A stretch of 64,000 bases of DNA from a virus (Duplodnaviria; Caudoviricetes): the IMG/VR virus record IMGVR_UViG_3300031949_001696, one strand, 5' to 3'. The notes beneath the pieces were generated by a model that was given only the letters and a program-made list of their open reading frames with translations, did no database searches and had not been told where the DNA came from. Every line of letters begins with the position of its first letter. Position 1 is the first letter of the stretch. Position numbers and translations under genes: made by a program. This document shows, piece after piece, positions 28,215-37,268 of the stretch.

Positions 28215-28894
28215 TGCCCGACGACGAATTCGAGCGCGAGCACCCGAGCTACGGGATCCTTCACATCTCGCGCACGAGCGGCGGGACGAGTGCGATCCGG
28301 CTCTTTGGCTCGCCGCTCGCGACGCACTACGGAACGATCCGGCTGACGATCTCCAAGGGCAAGTGGATCCACGGCCTCAACCACGATCGCTACTACGGCA
28401 TGAACAAGGACTTCATCGAGGTCGAGATGTCGGCCGCACAGTTTGCCGACGCGATCACGAGCCTCAACATGGGCAGCGGCACCCCGTGCACGATCCGATA
28501 CGTCGACGGCGAACGCGTTGCCGCGCCGCCAGTCCACGCGACCGAAGCCGAACACATCCGTGACAACTTCGAGGGCACGCTCGACAAGTACAAGGCCAAG
28601 GCGCGCACCTATCGCAAGCGCATCGAAGAACTCGCGAGCAAGCTGTCCACGAAGGCGCGCGAGGAGATCCGGATCGCGCTCGACGTGATGGAGCAGCAGC
28701 TCGCCTCCAACGTACCGTTCGTGGTCGAGCAATTCCAGGAGGCCACGTCGCGCATCACGACGTCAGCCAAGGCCGAGGTCGACGCCTTCGTTACCGGGGT
28801 CGTCCGCGCCGCAGGGCTGCAATCGATCGCGGAGGGCCGTCTGCCGTCGCTCCTGCCGAGCGGCGATGTGAAAGAGCCGGAGGACAAGCCGTGA
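28211..28894 (+). CDS. Conserved phage-type hypothetical protein
   Basis: HPSYG...LFGS...IEVEMSAAQFADAITSLNMGSGTPCTI. Confidence 0.65.
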   Translation: MMPDDEFEREHPSYGILHISRTSGGTSAIRLFGSPLATHYGTIRLTISKGKWIHGLNHDRYYGMNKDFIEVEMSAAQFADAITSLNMGSGTPCTIRYVDGERVAAPPVHATEAEHIRDNFEGTLDKYKAKARTYRKRIEELASKLSTKAREEIRIALDVMEQQLASNVPFVVEQFQEATSRITTSAKAEVDAFVTGVVRAAGLQSIAEGRLPSLLPSGDVKEPEDKP

Positions 28895-29301
28895 GCAGCA
28901 TCGACATCTACGCGGTGTTGGAGAAGTTTCGGCACGATTGGAACGCGTATGAAGGCAGCGCCGTGCAGGTCATCGATTCGATCACCGAGCACCTGCGCGC
29001 GGCCGAGCAGACGGGCTACCTCGGGACGCTCTACCGCACTGACTTCGAGGTCGAGGGCACCGGCGCGTTCCCGATCGACATGCTGCGCTACACGAACGCG
29101 TGGCCCAAGGGCGAGATCGACTCGCAGGCGATCGAGGACTCACTCGACGACGCAGTTGCCACGGCGTCACCGCGCCGCGGCCCGCGCACGATCACGCTAA
29201 CGAAGTACCACCGCGATCCCGAGCCGCAGCTCGCGGGCGATCGCTGGCAGGCCAAGTTCCGGTGGCGCGTCGCGCGCGTCATCGAGACGGCGGTGATCTA
29301 A
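28891..29301 (+). CDS. Hypothetical protein
   Basis: VEGTGAFPIDMLRY motif; coupled. Confidence 0.6.
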   Translation: MSSIDIYAVLEKFRHDWNAYEGSAVQVIDSITEHLRAAEQTGYLGTLYRTDFEVEGTGAFPIDMLRYTNAWPKGEIDSQAIEDSLDDAVATASPRRGPRTITLTKYHRDPEPQLAGDRWQAKFRWRVARVIETAVI

Positions 29302-29448
29302 GTGACTGCCACGCGAACATCCGCAGTTCTCGTCGGCCAGGGCATCGGCGACGCGCTTGGAATGCCGTTCGAAAAGCTCGACGACGAAGTGCATCCCGAT
29401 CTCGCGACGTGGGACGGCTCGTATCAGCCCGGTACGTGGCACGAGCTG
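29302..29448 (+). pseudogene. ADP-ribosylglycohydrolase N-terminal 49 aa (rest at 3970-4800, minus strand)
   Basis: LVGQGIGDALGMPFE...GTWHEL. Confidence 0.85.
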
Positions 29449-29602
29449 CCACGCCAAGAAGGGACCGCGCACATGGGCAAGAGTCGCCGTGTGCAATAGC
29501 GCCCTCGCTGGCGCCAATGCGCAGTCCGCCGTCGTGCGTGAGGTACGTCAGCACTACCGCGGCCTCTGTGCCGAGATCCTCAACGCAAGGAGCCCCACGT
29601 GA
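29446..29602 (+). pseudogene. C-terminal half of a TITD/CAEILNAR family gene (N-half at 4798-4871)
   Basis: ...HYRGLCAEILNARSPT* with no own family N-terminus. Confidence 0.75.
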
Positions 29603-29859
29603 AGCTCACCGCCGACACGATCACCGACGATCAGATCCGCGAGCTGTTCACGGCCCACTGCGAGTGCCGCCCGCTCGACGTCGATCGCCCCTCGCACAGC
29701 CACGACTGCGACGACGACATCGTGGAAGACTGCCGCGTGGCACTCGGCGGCTATCCGAACGGACAGATCGGCCCACGCAGCACGATGACCGCGATCATCC
29801 AGCGCCAGGCCGCGCGCCGGATCTGCACGGAGCGGCTCAACGAGAGAGACGCCAAGTGA
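29599..29859 (+). CDS. TITDDQIREL family protein
   Basis: VKLTADTITDDQIRELF...RRICTERLNER. Confidence 0.7.
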   Translation: MKLTADTITDDQIRELFTAHCECRPLDVDRPSHSHDCDDDIVEDCRVALGGYPNGQIGPRSTMTAIIQRQAARRICTERLNERDAK

Positions 29860-30581
29860 GCGCCATGACCCTCGACGAGGCACACGCCGCGCTCCACCGT
29901 TTCGCGATGACGCGCGAAAGCGAAGCCGCGCTCGCAGCGATCCTCGTACTCGACGAAGTCACGCGACTGCGTACGCTGTGCCGAGATCCTCAACAACCTC
30001 GAACCCGGAGCACTGCCGTAAGGCACATCGCTCTGTTTCGGCATCCCGCCAGGCTCGTCCGTCGCGCGCCCGGTGATCTACACCGACTGCCGTCCGCGAC
30101 GATCTTCGAATTCGAGACGACGCACCTCGCTGTCCAGCTCTCCAGCTTCGGCGAGACGAGCCCGTTCCACGACCTGCCTGACAGCGCCACCGTCTACGTC
30201 GAGATCGGCGTCGACGCCGAGTTCACGCAGCCCGAGGTGAAGAAGGTCGCCGAAGAGTTCGTCCGCCACGGCCGGCGGCCGAAATTTGGCCCGCCGATCA
30301 TCGACGCTGACGACACGTCACTCCCCGGTGATCCGGATCCCAACTGCGAGGGCTGTCAACGCTTTGAATACGAGAAGCGTGAGCTGGTTGACGAAGTAGC
30401 ATGCCTGCGCCAACTTCTGCGCGACCTCGTCGACTTCGACATGGGCATGGCGCCAGAACTCGACCAGCTCGATGCGGAGTACGGATCGCGCCAGATCGCC
30501 CGCATGGGGCGCGCCTGGGAGGCCGCGATCGCGGAGGTCGGTCCTCGCAACCAACGTCGCTTCGTGGGAGACGAACCATGA
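29856..30581 (+). CDS. Mosaic hypothetical protein
   Basis: Shares modules with 7623-8018 and 30578-30892. Confidence 0.5.
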   Translation: MSAMTLDEAHAALHRFAMTRESEAALAAILVLDEVTRLRTLCRDPQQPRTRSTAVRHIALFRHPARLVRRAPGDLHRLPSATIFEFETTHLAVQLSSFGETSPFHDLPDSATVYVEIGVDAEFTQPEVKKVAEEFVRHGRRPKFGPPIIDADDTSLPGDPDPNCEGCQRFEYEKRELVDEVACLRQLLRDLVDFDMGMAPELDQLDAEYGSRQIARMGRAWEAAIAEVGPRNQRRFVGDEP

Positions 30582-30892
30582 CAACCACGATCACCCTATA
30601 CACAATGACGGCCGAGGAAGCGCGCAAGGAGCTTCGTCGCTACGCGTTGGAGCACGAAACCTACGCCACGATCGCGGCGCGTCTGGTGCTCGACGAAGCT
30701 GCGCAAGCCGAGCGGCTGCGACAACTCCTGCGTGACCTCGTCGACTTCGACATGGGCGAACCGCCCGAACTCGACGCGCTCTGCGCGGTCGAGGGACCGC
30801 GCAAGCTCGCGCGCATGGAGCGCGCGTGGAAGGCGGCGGTCGCCGAAGTCGGTCCACGCAACCAGCGCCGCTACGAGGGAGACGAGCCGTGA
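30578..30892 (+). CDS. Hypothetical protein, paralog of the preceding gene's termini
   Basis: LRQLLRDLVDFDMG...AEVGPRNQRRxxGDEP duplicated. Confidence 0.6.
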   Translation: MTTTITLYTMTAEEARKELRRYALEHETYATIAARLVLDEAAQAERLRQLLRDLVDFDMGEPPELDALCAVEGPRKLARMERAWKAAVAEVGPRNQRRYEGDEP

Positions 30893-31245
30893 CGCAAACC
30901 CTACGCGACTACGCGGCCGAGCAGCTCGACGTGATCGTCGCCGAGTACGGGCCGCCAAGCGACGGCCGAGATCAGGCGATCGAGCGCTGGATGCGCCACC
31001 TGGTCGGCGTCGGCCAGGTGCCCGACGGCATCCTCGAAGCGATGCCGGAGGTGTCGCGCCACAACGAGCCCCAGATCAGCCCGCAGGAGTACGAGTGTGG
31101 CTGCGTCGCGGTCACCCGCATCACCGATCGGGACTGTCGGACGTGGCGGGGCTACGACGAGAAGCCGTTCGAGATGCATCTCGCCATGCCCTGCAACGGA
31201 ACGGGCTGCAAGCTGGCACATCTGCGCGAAGGAGCCGTCAAATGA
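30889..31245 (+). CDS. Hypothetical protein
   Basis: Coupled ORF. Confidence 0.5.
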   Translation: MTQTLRDYAAEQLDVIVAEYGPPSDGRDQAIERWMRHLVGVGQVPDGILEAMPEVSRHNEPQISPQEYECGCVAVTRITDRDCRTWRGYDEKPFEMHLAMPCNGTGCKLAHLREGAVK

Positions 31246-31517
31246 CCACCTCGACACTGTCCACCGACATCCAACGGCACATCACCGAACTCCGAGCCTC
31301 ACGTCCTTACGACGGCAGACGCGTGACGCTGCGCGAGTCCCGCGGCGGCTGGAAGTACACGGGCCTCAGCGGGATCTGCACGCACCTCGCAGCTGACCGC
31401 CACTACATGGTGCTCGTGGTCGAGCACGACCCCGAAGGCTACTGGCCGATCGTCATGGAGATCTTGGCCGAACTCGACCACGAGAGCGTTCCCATGTTCC
31501 ACAACGAAGGAAACTGA
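31242..31517 (+). CDS. Hypothetical protein
   Basis: AAGGAG RBS. Confidence 0.5.
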   Translation: MTTSTLSTDIQRHITELRASRPYDGRRVTLRESRGGWKYTGLSGICTHLAADRHYMVLVVEHDPEGYWPIVMEILAELDHESVPMFHNEGN

Positions 31518-31519
31518 TC

Positions 31520-31858
31520 GTGCACTGCATCGACGACAAGCCGAACGGGATCATCCTCAACCACAACAGCGACTGGTCCGGCGAGGTCCGGATCGCCTGG
31601 TATGTGGCCGCCGAGCGGCGCGATCCCGGCCCGACGCCACCTTCGTTGCAAGAGTGCTGGTGCGAAGGGAAGGACCTCGTCGCCGGCCGCTTCACGCCCG
31701 CGAGCACGAGCGGCGAGCCGACGCCTGGCGCCATCCTCGTCCCCGAGCCTCCGGTCAACGTCCTTACCCGCGCGGTCGCGCTCGCCGTCGAGACGTATTT
31801 ACGGCGCAAGATGGAACACGCCCTCGACGAGCTCTTCATCCACCGAGGCAAGCTGTGA
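31520..31858 (+). CDS. Hypothetical protein
   Basis: HNSDWSGEV motif; RBS. Confidence 0.55.
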   Translation: MHCIDDKPNGIILNHNSDWSGEVRIAWYVAAERRDPGPTPPSLQECWCEGKDLVAGRFTPASTSGEPTPGAILVPEPPVNVLTRAVALAVETYLRRKMEHALDELFIHRGKL

Positions 31859-32169
31859 AGACGCTGCCCGAGATCCTCCGCGACGCGATGCTCCTACTCG
31901 ACGACGAACGCGAGGACGTCGTAATCGCACGTGGGCAGCAGCTCGCGTCATTCGATGGGCAAGCTCTGCGGCTGCTATCCAGCAAGGCGTACCAGATACG
32001 GCTTCGGCACGACACGCGAGACGACCCGGACCAGTCTCAATACAGGTGCGAGGCCCGAACGTGGCTCGGCGCGGAGTGGTCGAGCTGGAGCGAACAGTGT
32101 GGGTGGCTCGGCGGTGCCGGTTTCGACATCCGCGACGTGCTCGCGACGGACTGGAGGATCGTCTCGTGA
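31855..32169 (+). CDS. Hypothetical protein ending FDIRDVLATDW
   Basis: Coupled ORF. Confidence 0.55.
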   Translation: MKTLPEILRDAMLLLDDEREDVVIARGQQLASFDGQALRLLSSKAYQIRLRHDTRDDPDQSQYRCEARTWLGAEWSSWSEQCGWLGGAGFDIRDVLATDWRIVS

Positions 32170-32444
32170 AGCTCGCGCAGGAATTGATCCGCTTCGGAGA
32201 GCAGCTCGCCGCAGAGAACGTGGCGGCGCGCGATTTGTGGTCGTGGTTGCCCTCCCACAAGGTCGCGCAGAAGCATCACGGCGACTACGCCTCGGAGCAC
32301 TGCCCGAACAACCGGGACGTCATGCACGAAGCGGCGCTGTACCTGGCGAACGCGAGCCGCTGCAACACGGAGATGACTGCCGAGGAAGAGGAGTGGTTCA
32401 CGCGCTGCCCGTGCGGCGAGGATCACGAAGGAGACGCGCCGTGA
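32166..32444 (+). CDS. Hypothetical protein
   Basis: Coupled ORF. Confidence 0.5.
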   Translation: MKLAQELIRFGEQLAAENVAARDLWSWLPSHKVAQKHHGDYASEHCPNNRDVMHEAALYLANASRCNTEMTAEEEEWFTRCPCGEDHEGDAP

Positions 32445-32628
32445 CTGATGTCGACAAGACGTGCACCCAAGATGAGCTGCAACACTTACGTGCCGCGATG
32501 ATTGCCAACAAACATGGTGCGCCGCCAGCGCCCGCGCTTGAGGCCGCCGAAGAAGCCCTCTTGCGATTGCTGTTCTCCGAGCAAGAAGTCTCCGCGTATC
32601 TCCAGTCCCCTGGCGCGCAGGTGTACCG

Positions 32629-32784
32629 ATGATCAAGCCCGAGCCGCACCCGCACCAGCTCATCCCCGAGGAGTGCGCTGCCGACACGGCCCGCGCACAT
32701 CTGAGCCAAGCCAAGGCCACCACACTCGACGGCGACAGTTTCGACATCCGCGACGTACTCGCGACCAACTGGATCGCCTCGTGA
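32629..32784 (+). pseudogene. Chimeric ORF: N-terminus of the 33974 family fused to the C-terminus of the 31855 family
   Basis: EPHPHQLIPEECAADTARA + FDIRDVLATNW. Confidence 0.6.
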
Positions 32785-32981
32785 AGCTCACTGCCGCGAC
32801 GATCACCGACGCGCAGATCCGAGAGCTGTACGACGAGCTTCGGCAGCGTGACGAATGGATCGGGGGCGGGCTGGACTGCGAAGACGCGCTCTTCCGCTTA
32901 TCAGGACACGAACAAGCCCGTGCTCGCTGTGCCGAGATCCTCAACGCAAAGAACCATGCTTATCCGGTTAACACCCCGTGA
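32781..32981 (+). CDS. TITD/CAEILN family protein, 3' end altered by cassette insertion
   Basis: VKLTAATITDAQIRELY...ARARCAEILNAKN. Confidence 0.7.
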   Translation: MKLTAATITDAQIRELYDELRQRDEWIGGGLDCEDALFRLSGHEQARARCAEILNAKNHAYPVNTP

Positions 32982-33954
32982 GTGACCTAGATCAACATAA
33001 CGAGAACGCTTCGCTCTTGGTCGGCGACAGCCTGTCTCGGCTGCGCGAGATCCCGGACGGATCGGCTCAGTGCTGCATCACGTCGCCTCCCTACTGGGGG
33101 CTGCGAGATTACGGCGTCAATAGTCAGATCGGGCAGGAAGCCACGGCCGACGAGTACGTGGCGAACCTCGTCGGCATCACTCGCGAGATCAAGCGCGTTA
33201 TCGCGCTAGATGGATCCTTCTGGCTCAACATCGGGGACTCGTACTATGGGGGTCCACCGGACCAGCAACCGAAGGACGCCAGCCACCTGACGCGCAGGCG
33301 CACTCTCCAGACCAAGAGTTGCGAGACCTGCGGAGCCGATTTCGTTGGCAAGTCCACCCGGCGTTTCTGCACCTCGAAGTGCGCGAGCTATTCCTCTGGG
33401 CAGAAGCGCATCGGATTCGATCGACCAAAGTGCATGCTTGCGCTGCCTTGGCGAGTCCTCTCTGCACTCGTCGAGGACGGATGGGTTATCCGCAATGACG
33501 TCATCTGGTACAAGCCGAACCACCTCCCTACGATGGCGCGCGATCGACTGGCCTGCTCGTACGAGCACCTGTTCCACCTCGTCCATCCCGGGCGGTGGCG
33601 TGGGAAGACGTACGACGGATCGTACTACTACGACGCGCGGGCATTCGAGGGCCTCGATGATGTCTGGGCGATCCCGACGGTTCCCGGAGCGTCCGATCAT
33701 GCAGCGCCGTTCCCCGAGTCACTCGTCCGCCCAATTGTCGTAGGGACATGTCCTCTCGGCGGAACGATTCTCGATCCGTTCGCCGGAAGCGGTACTGCGG
33801 GCGTCGTCGCGCTCCAAGAAGGTCGCCGGTTCCTCGGTGTCGAGTTGAATCCAAACTACGCCGCGAGGGCGTGGGATCGGATGTCGAAAGCCGTGCCGAG
33901 TCTACAACTAACAAAGGCGGTCAACCTGTGAGGGGTGACAACCGGATAAGCATG
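32955..33954. mobile_element. Non-autonomous 1000-bp insertion cassette (23-bp terminal IRs, 8-bp TSD) carrying a DNA methyltransferase
   Basis: IRL CATGCTTATCCGGTTAACACCCC, IRR GGGGTGACAACCGGATAAGCATG (21/23); TSD CAAAGAAC at 32947-32954 and 33955-33962. Confidence 0.85.
32978..33931 (+). CDS. Beta-class N4-C/N6-A DNA methyltransferase with inserted CxxC...RFCxxxC zinc finger
   Basis: ITSPPYWGLRDY (motif IV), LDPFAGSGT (motif I), HAAPFP. Confidence 0.9.
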   Translation: MSDLDQHNENASLLVGDSLSRLREIPDGSAQCCITSPPYWGLRDYGVNSQIGQEATADEYVANLVGITREIKRVIALDGSFWLNIGDSYYGGPPDQQPKDASHLTRRRTLQTKSCETCGADFVGKSTRRFCTSKCASYSSGQKRIGFDRPKCMLALPWRVLSALVEDGWVIRNDVIWYKPNHLPTMARDRLACSYEHLFHLVHPGRWRGKTYDGSYYYDARAFEGLDDVWAIPTVPGASDHAAPFPESLVRPIVVGTCPLGGTILDPFAGSGTAGVVALQEGRRFLGVELNPNYAARAWDRMSKAVPSLQLTKAVNL

Positions 33955-33973
33955 CAAAGAACAAGGAACGTCC

Positions 33974-34219
33974 ATGAAGAGGAATGCCCGATCTGAACCG
34001 CATCCACACCAGCTCACCCCCGAAGAGTGTGCTGCCGACACGGCCCGCGCGCAGCTGAACCAGGCCAAGGCCGCCGCGCTCGACGCCTGGCACGCCGCGA
34101 AGCGCTGCCTGGATCACCTCGACGAGACCGCCGATCCGGCGTGGATCGCGGACGCGGAAGCTGCCGCGAAGCACGCGCGAAAGCTCTTCGATGCGCTCGT
34201 GCTGGAAACGGAGTGGTAG
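33974..34219 (+). CDS. Hypothetical protein
   Basis: EPHPHQLTPEECAADTARA family. Confidence 0.55.
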   Translation: MKRNARSEPHPHQLTPEECAADTARAQLNQAKAAALDAWHAAKRCLDHLDETADPAWIADAEAAAKHARKLFDALVLETEW

Positions 34220-34253
34220 CCGTGACGAAACCGATCGAGCAGCGGGAGGACCG

Positions 34254-34484
34254 ATGATCCAGAAGCGCATGCAAGAGCGTCCCTATGTCCCGCGCAATCG
34301 AACGAGCGCGATGGGCAAGAGCTCCGTCGTCGCCGACTGTCCGTTCTGCGGCGACCCCGTGGTGATCTTTCTGTGGTCGATCGCCGGCAACGGCAAAAAG
34401 CTCTGCGCGTGCGGCGCCGCGCTGCACTCCGATCGGATCGCTCGCAAGCTCGTAGAGCTCAACGTTGAGGAAGTGGAAGCATGA
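34254..34484 (+). CDS. Small zinc-ribbon protein
   Basis: CPFCG...WSIAGNGKKLCACG. Confidence 0.55.
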   Translation: MIQKRMQERPYVPRNRTSAMGKSSVVADCPFCGDPVVIFLWSIAGNGKKLCACGAALHSDRIARKLVELNVEEVEA

Positions 34485-35080
34485 TCGAAAAACTCGCGGT
34501 ACTGGCCGATAAGACCCCGCGCCCATACGTCAGCGCGGCACACAGTAGCGGGGCTCAAAAGAGCCGCGACATCCTGCACAGCTTCTTGCCGTTCTCGCCG
34601 CGACTTGGGGCTGTGCTCAGACAACATCCAAAGTCCAGCCGTTCGCGTTTGGTCTACGCACTCCTCAACAACGATGTCTACACGTTGTCGCGCCTGTGCG
34701 CGATGACGTGGGCCGATGTTCGGCGCTGGGAAAACGTCGGCGCGAGATGTCTCAACGATCTTGAACAAACCCTTGCGGCGTTTGGGCTGGCGCTTACGGA
34801 CGGACAGTCACCCGCCAAGCGCCTCCTCAACGCAACCTGGTTTCGCGCACAAATCGCCGAGCTTGTTGCTGACTGCGATGAGAACATCACCGAAGACCAG
34901 GAGCTGGCCGCCAAGGAGCGCGATGATGTCCGCCGCGGCAGGTATCTCGCGAGCGTCGAGATCAACAGCCACTGGAAGCGGCAGCTTGAGCGCGTCCTCG
35001 CCGGAAAGAACTCCGCAGAGGACCTCGCAGACACCCTGATCGCAGACACCCTGAAGGCCCTAGAGAAGGTCCAACCATGA
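34481..35080 (+). CDS. Protein with RNA polymerase alpha-CTD-like domain
   Basis: RLVYALLNNDVYTLSRL...DVRRWENVGARCLNDLEQTLAAFGLAL aligns by eye to the alpha-CTD HhH. Confidence 0.6.
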   Translation: MIEKLAVLADKTPRPYVSAAHSSGAQKSRDILHSFLPFSPRLGAVLRQHPKSSRSRLVYALLNNDVYTLSRLCAMTWADVRRWENVGARCLNDLEQTLAAFGLALTDGQSPAKRLLNATWFRAQIAELVADCDENITEDQELAAKERDDVRRGRYLASVEINSHWKRQLERVLAGKNSAEDLADTLIADTLKALEKVQP

Positions 35081-35571
35081 ACCGCACCCGCACCGTCGGC
35101 GGTGTCGTGTTCGAGTGTGTGCGCCCAGGGCTGTGGGTCACGTTCGATCATCGCTACGCGATCGTCGAGCAGATGCAGGGAAGCGTCGATCACGAGTGGC
35201 TCCTGTTCCGCACGAATCGACACGAGTTGTCTGACCAGCCGATCACGCTTCCGGTCGACCTCGAAGACGCCGACTTCTGGTCCGGCTGGCAGATCGGACA
35301 GCACTTCACGATGGGCGAGCTGGCGCACGACGTGGCCACCGAGGTCTTGACCGTCGATCAAATCAAACGCGTGCGGCGCGCCATGCTCGGGGTGCCCCAC
35401 AAGACGGCCCATCACCGCGCGGTTCTCGCGGATTGCCGCGGCGCGCTGAAAGGCGATGCACGGTGCCGATCCACGGTCGCGCGTGAGTGGCTCAAGCTCA
35501 ACGCGCCAAAGCCGTCGCCCGGCGTTCCCAACATCTTTGATGACCTATTTCCGTCCAAGAAAGCGCCATGA
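35077..35571 (+). CDS. Hypothetical protein
   Basis: Coupled ORF. Confidence 0.55.
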   Translation: MNRTRTVGGVVFECVRPGLWVTFDHRYAIVEQMQGSVDHEWLLFRTNRHELSDQPITLPVDLEDADFWSGWQIGQHFTMGELAHDVATEVLTVDQIKRVRRAMLGVPHKTAHHRAVLADCRGALKGDARCRSTVAREWLKLNAPKPSPGVPNIFDDLFPSKKAP

Positions 35572-35819
35572 AGAAGCGTTGCACGAAGATCTGCGGTAAC
35601 CCGGATTGCTGCGTCTCGACCGGTATCCACGAAGGACTGACCTTCGGAAGCGGCGCTCTGGATTTCCACGGTTTCTGGGCGAAGCCCTGCCCCCCGTGCG
35701 CGCGTGCGTGGGAGCGTGCGCATCCCGAGAGCGGTCCGTGCTGGCCGTTCGCAGACGTCAACCTGTCAGATCAGGGTCCCGACAACCGTCAGATAGGTGA
35801 GAACGCGACATGCCACTAG
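35568..35819 (+). CDS. Small Cys-rich protein
   Basis: CGNPDCCVSTGIHEGLTFGSG. Confidence 0.55.
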   Translation: MKKRCTKICGNPDCCVSTGIHEGLTFGSGALDFHGFWAKPCPPCARAWERAHPESGPCWPFADVNLSDQGPDNRQIGENATCH

Positions 35820-36325
35820 AACCGCTCGATCCGCCGCCGCTCGATCCGCACCACGTCGTGCACTACCTCGCCGCCTGCACGATCGCACGTGTACCGGTCG
35901 CGCGGACGAGCCCGATCGAGATGCGCGCACTGATCGCGCGCCTGTCTCGTCTGTCGATCCCGGACGCCGTCACGCTCCTGCGCGCAGAATCTTCGAGGGA
36001 GCCATGACCAAGAAGAGGCGACGCGGCGACGAGTGCCCGCGCATGCAGCGCGATGGCCGCTGTTGCCCTGGCGCGTGGCTCTGTCGCATCTGCAAGCAGT
36101 GGCACTACCTCAGGCGCAATCCTGTCCGGCGCGGGACCGTGCACGCCAAACGCAATGGAGATCCCGTCGACTGGAGCCTTCTCTTTTGAGGCGGGTACGA
36201 AACTACCCGTGTCTCGAGCGCCACGAGCGCCACGAGATCCGTGAACCTTCGCTCCGGGTAAAAAACGACCCATGCACAGCGGTCGCGGACTTGGCACCTC
36301 GCGTGTGCGGCATGCCGGCTGCTCT

Positions 36326-36556
36326 ATGAAGAAACCCATGAAGACCAAGCGCGCTTCTAAGAAGAGCCCGTCCAAGGCCGCCGTCCCCACCGCCGTCCCC
36401 ACGTACGACCAGGTCGACGCATGGTGCGAAGTGCACGACAACGAGTCGATCCAGGGCTGGCTCACGAGCGTCCTGGACGGCACCTTCTCGGTGGAAGAAT
36501 TCCGCGCCGCGGTGCTTGAAGATCGCCGCCCCCGCCAGTCCTCGGAGGTCAAGTAA
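36326..36556 (+). CDS. Hypothetical protein with Lys-rich N-terminus
   Basis: After an intergenic region with sigma54-like motif. Confidence 0.5.
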   Translation: MKKPMKTKRASKKSPSKAAVPTAVPTYDQVDAWCEVHDNESIQGWLTSVLDGTFSVEEFRAAVLEDRRPRQSSEVK

Positions 36557-36557
36557 C

Positions 36558-37268
36558 ATGGCGGCGAGCAAGCGTCGCGCGCGGTCTCGTCGCGTGGTCG
36601 TCGATCGGTCGGCTACCACCGACGTCGTCTCGCAGCTCGAATGTGCCGCGCGCAATCCTCATGCGGCCCTGATCGGCGCCCTGATCGGCGGCCTCGTGCC
36701 GTGGTTCGGCCGCACGCTCGCGCATGACCAGGTCCCGACTGCATGGTCGGCCGGCAACACGTCGCTCGTGATGGTGATGCTCGCGGTCGTGCTGGGCTGC
36801 GCGCTGTTCTCCGCGCTGTCCGTCTACAAGTTCGGCAAAGCCGCGTTCGGCGACTCGAAGAAAGCGCTCGGCTTCGTCCTCGCCCTGGAGGGCGTGATGC
36901 TCGTGACGACCGGCGCTACGAGCACGGTCGCGCTGGCGGTCCTGATCCTCATCAACGCGGTCGCGAACGGATCGGTGATCGCACTCTCGCGCGACGCAAC
37001 GAACAAGCGCCGCGAGGCCGACGCCCGCCGCGCCGCGACCCGTGCCCGCAGTCGCGCGCCAGGGCCGATTGCCCAGCCCAGTCACCAGGCCCCCATCGAA
37101 GTAATCGAGCCCGAGCCCGAGACCACGGCTGCGCCGCGCCGCGCCCCGCGACGCACGCCAGTGACCAGCGCCGCCGTGGTCAAGGTGCCGCGCACGTGGC
37201 GCAAGGCGACGCTCGACGACGACGTGATCGACGCGGAGATCGTCTCCGAAGAAAGGCTCCTGGCGTGA
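36558..37268 (+). CDS. Multi-pass membrane protein
   Basis: Four hydrophobic segments. Confidence 0.65.
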   Translation: MAASKRRARSRRVVVDRSATTDVVSQLECAARNPHAALIGALIGGLVPWFGRTLAHDQVPTAWSAGNTSLVMVMLAVVLGCALFSALSVYKFGKAAFGDSKKALGFVLALEGVMLVTTGATSTVALAVLILINAVANGSVIALSRDATNKRREADARRAATRARSRAPGPIAQPSHQAPIEVIEPEPETTAAPRRAPRRTPVTSAAVVKVPRTWRKATLDDDVIDAEIVSEERLLA

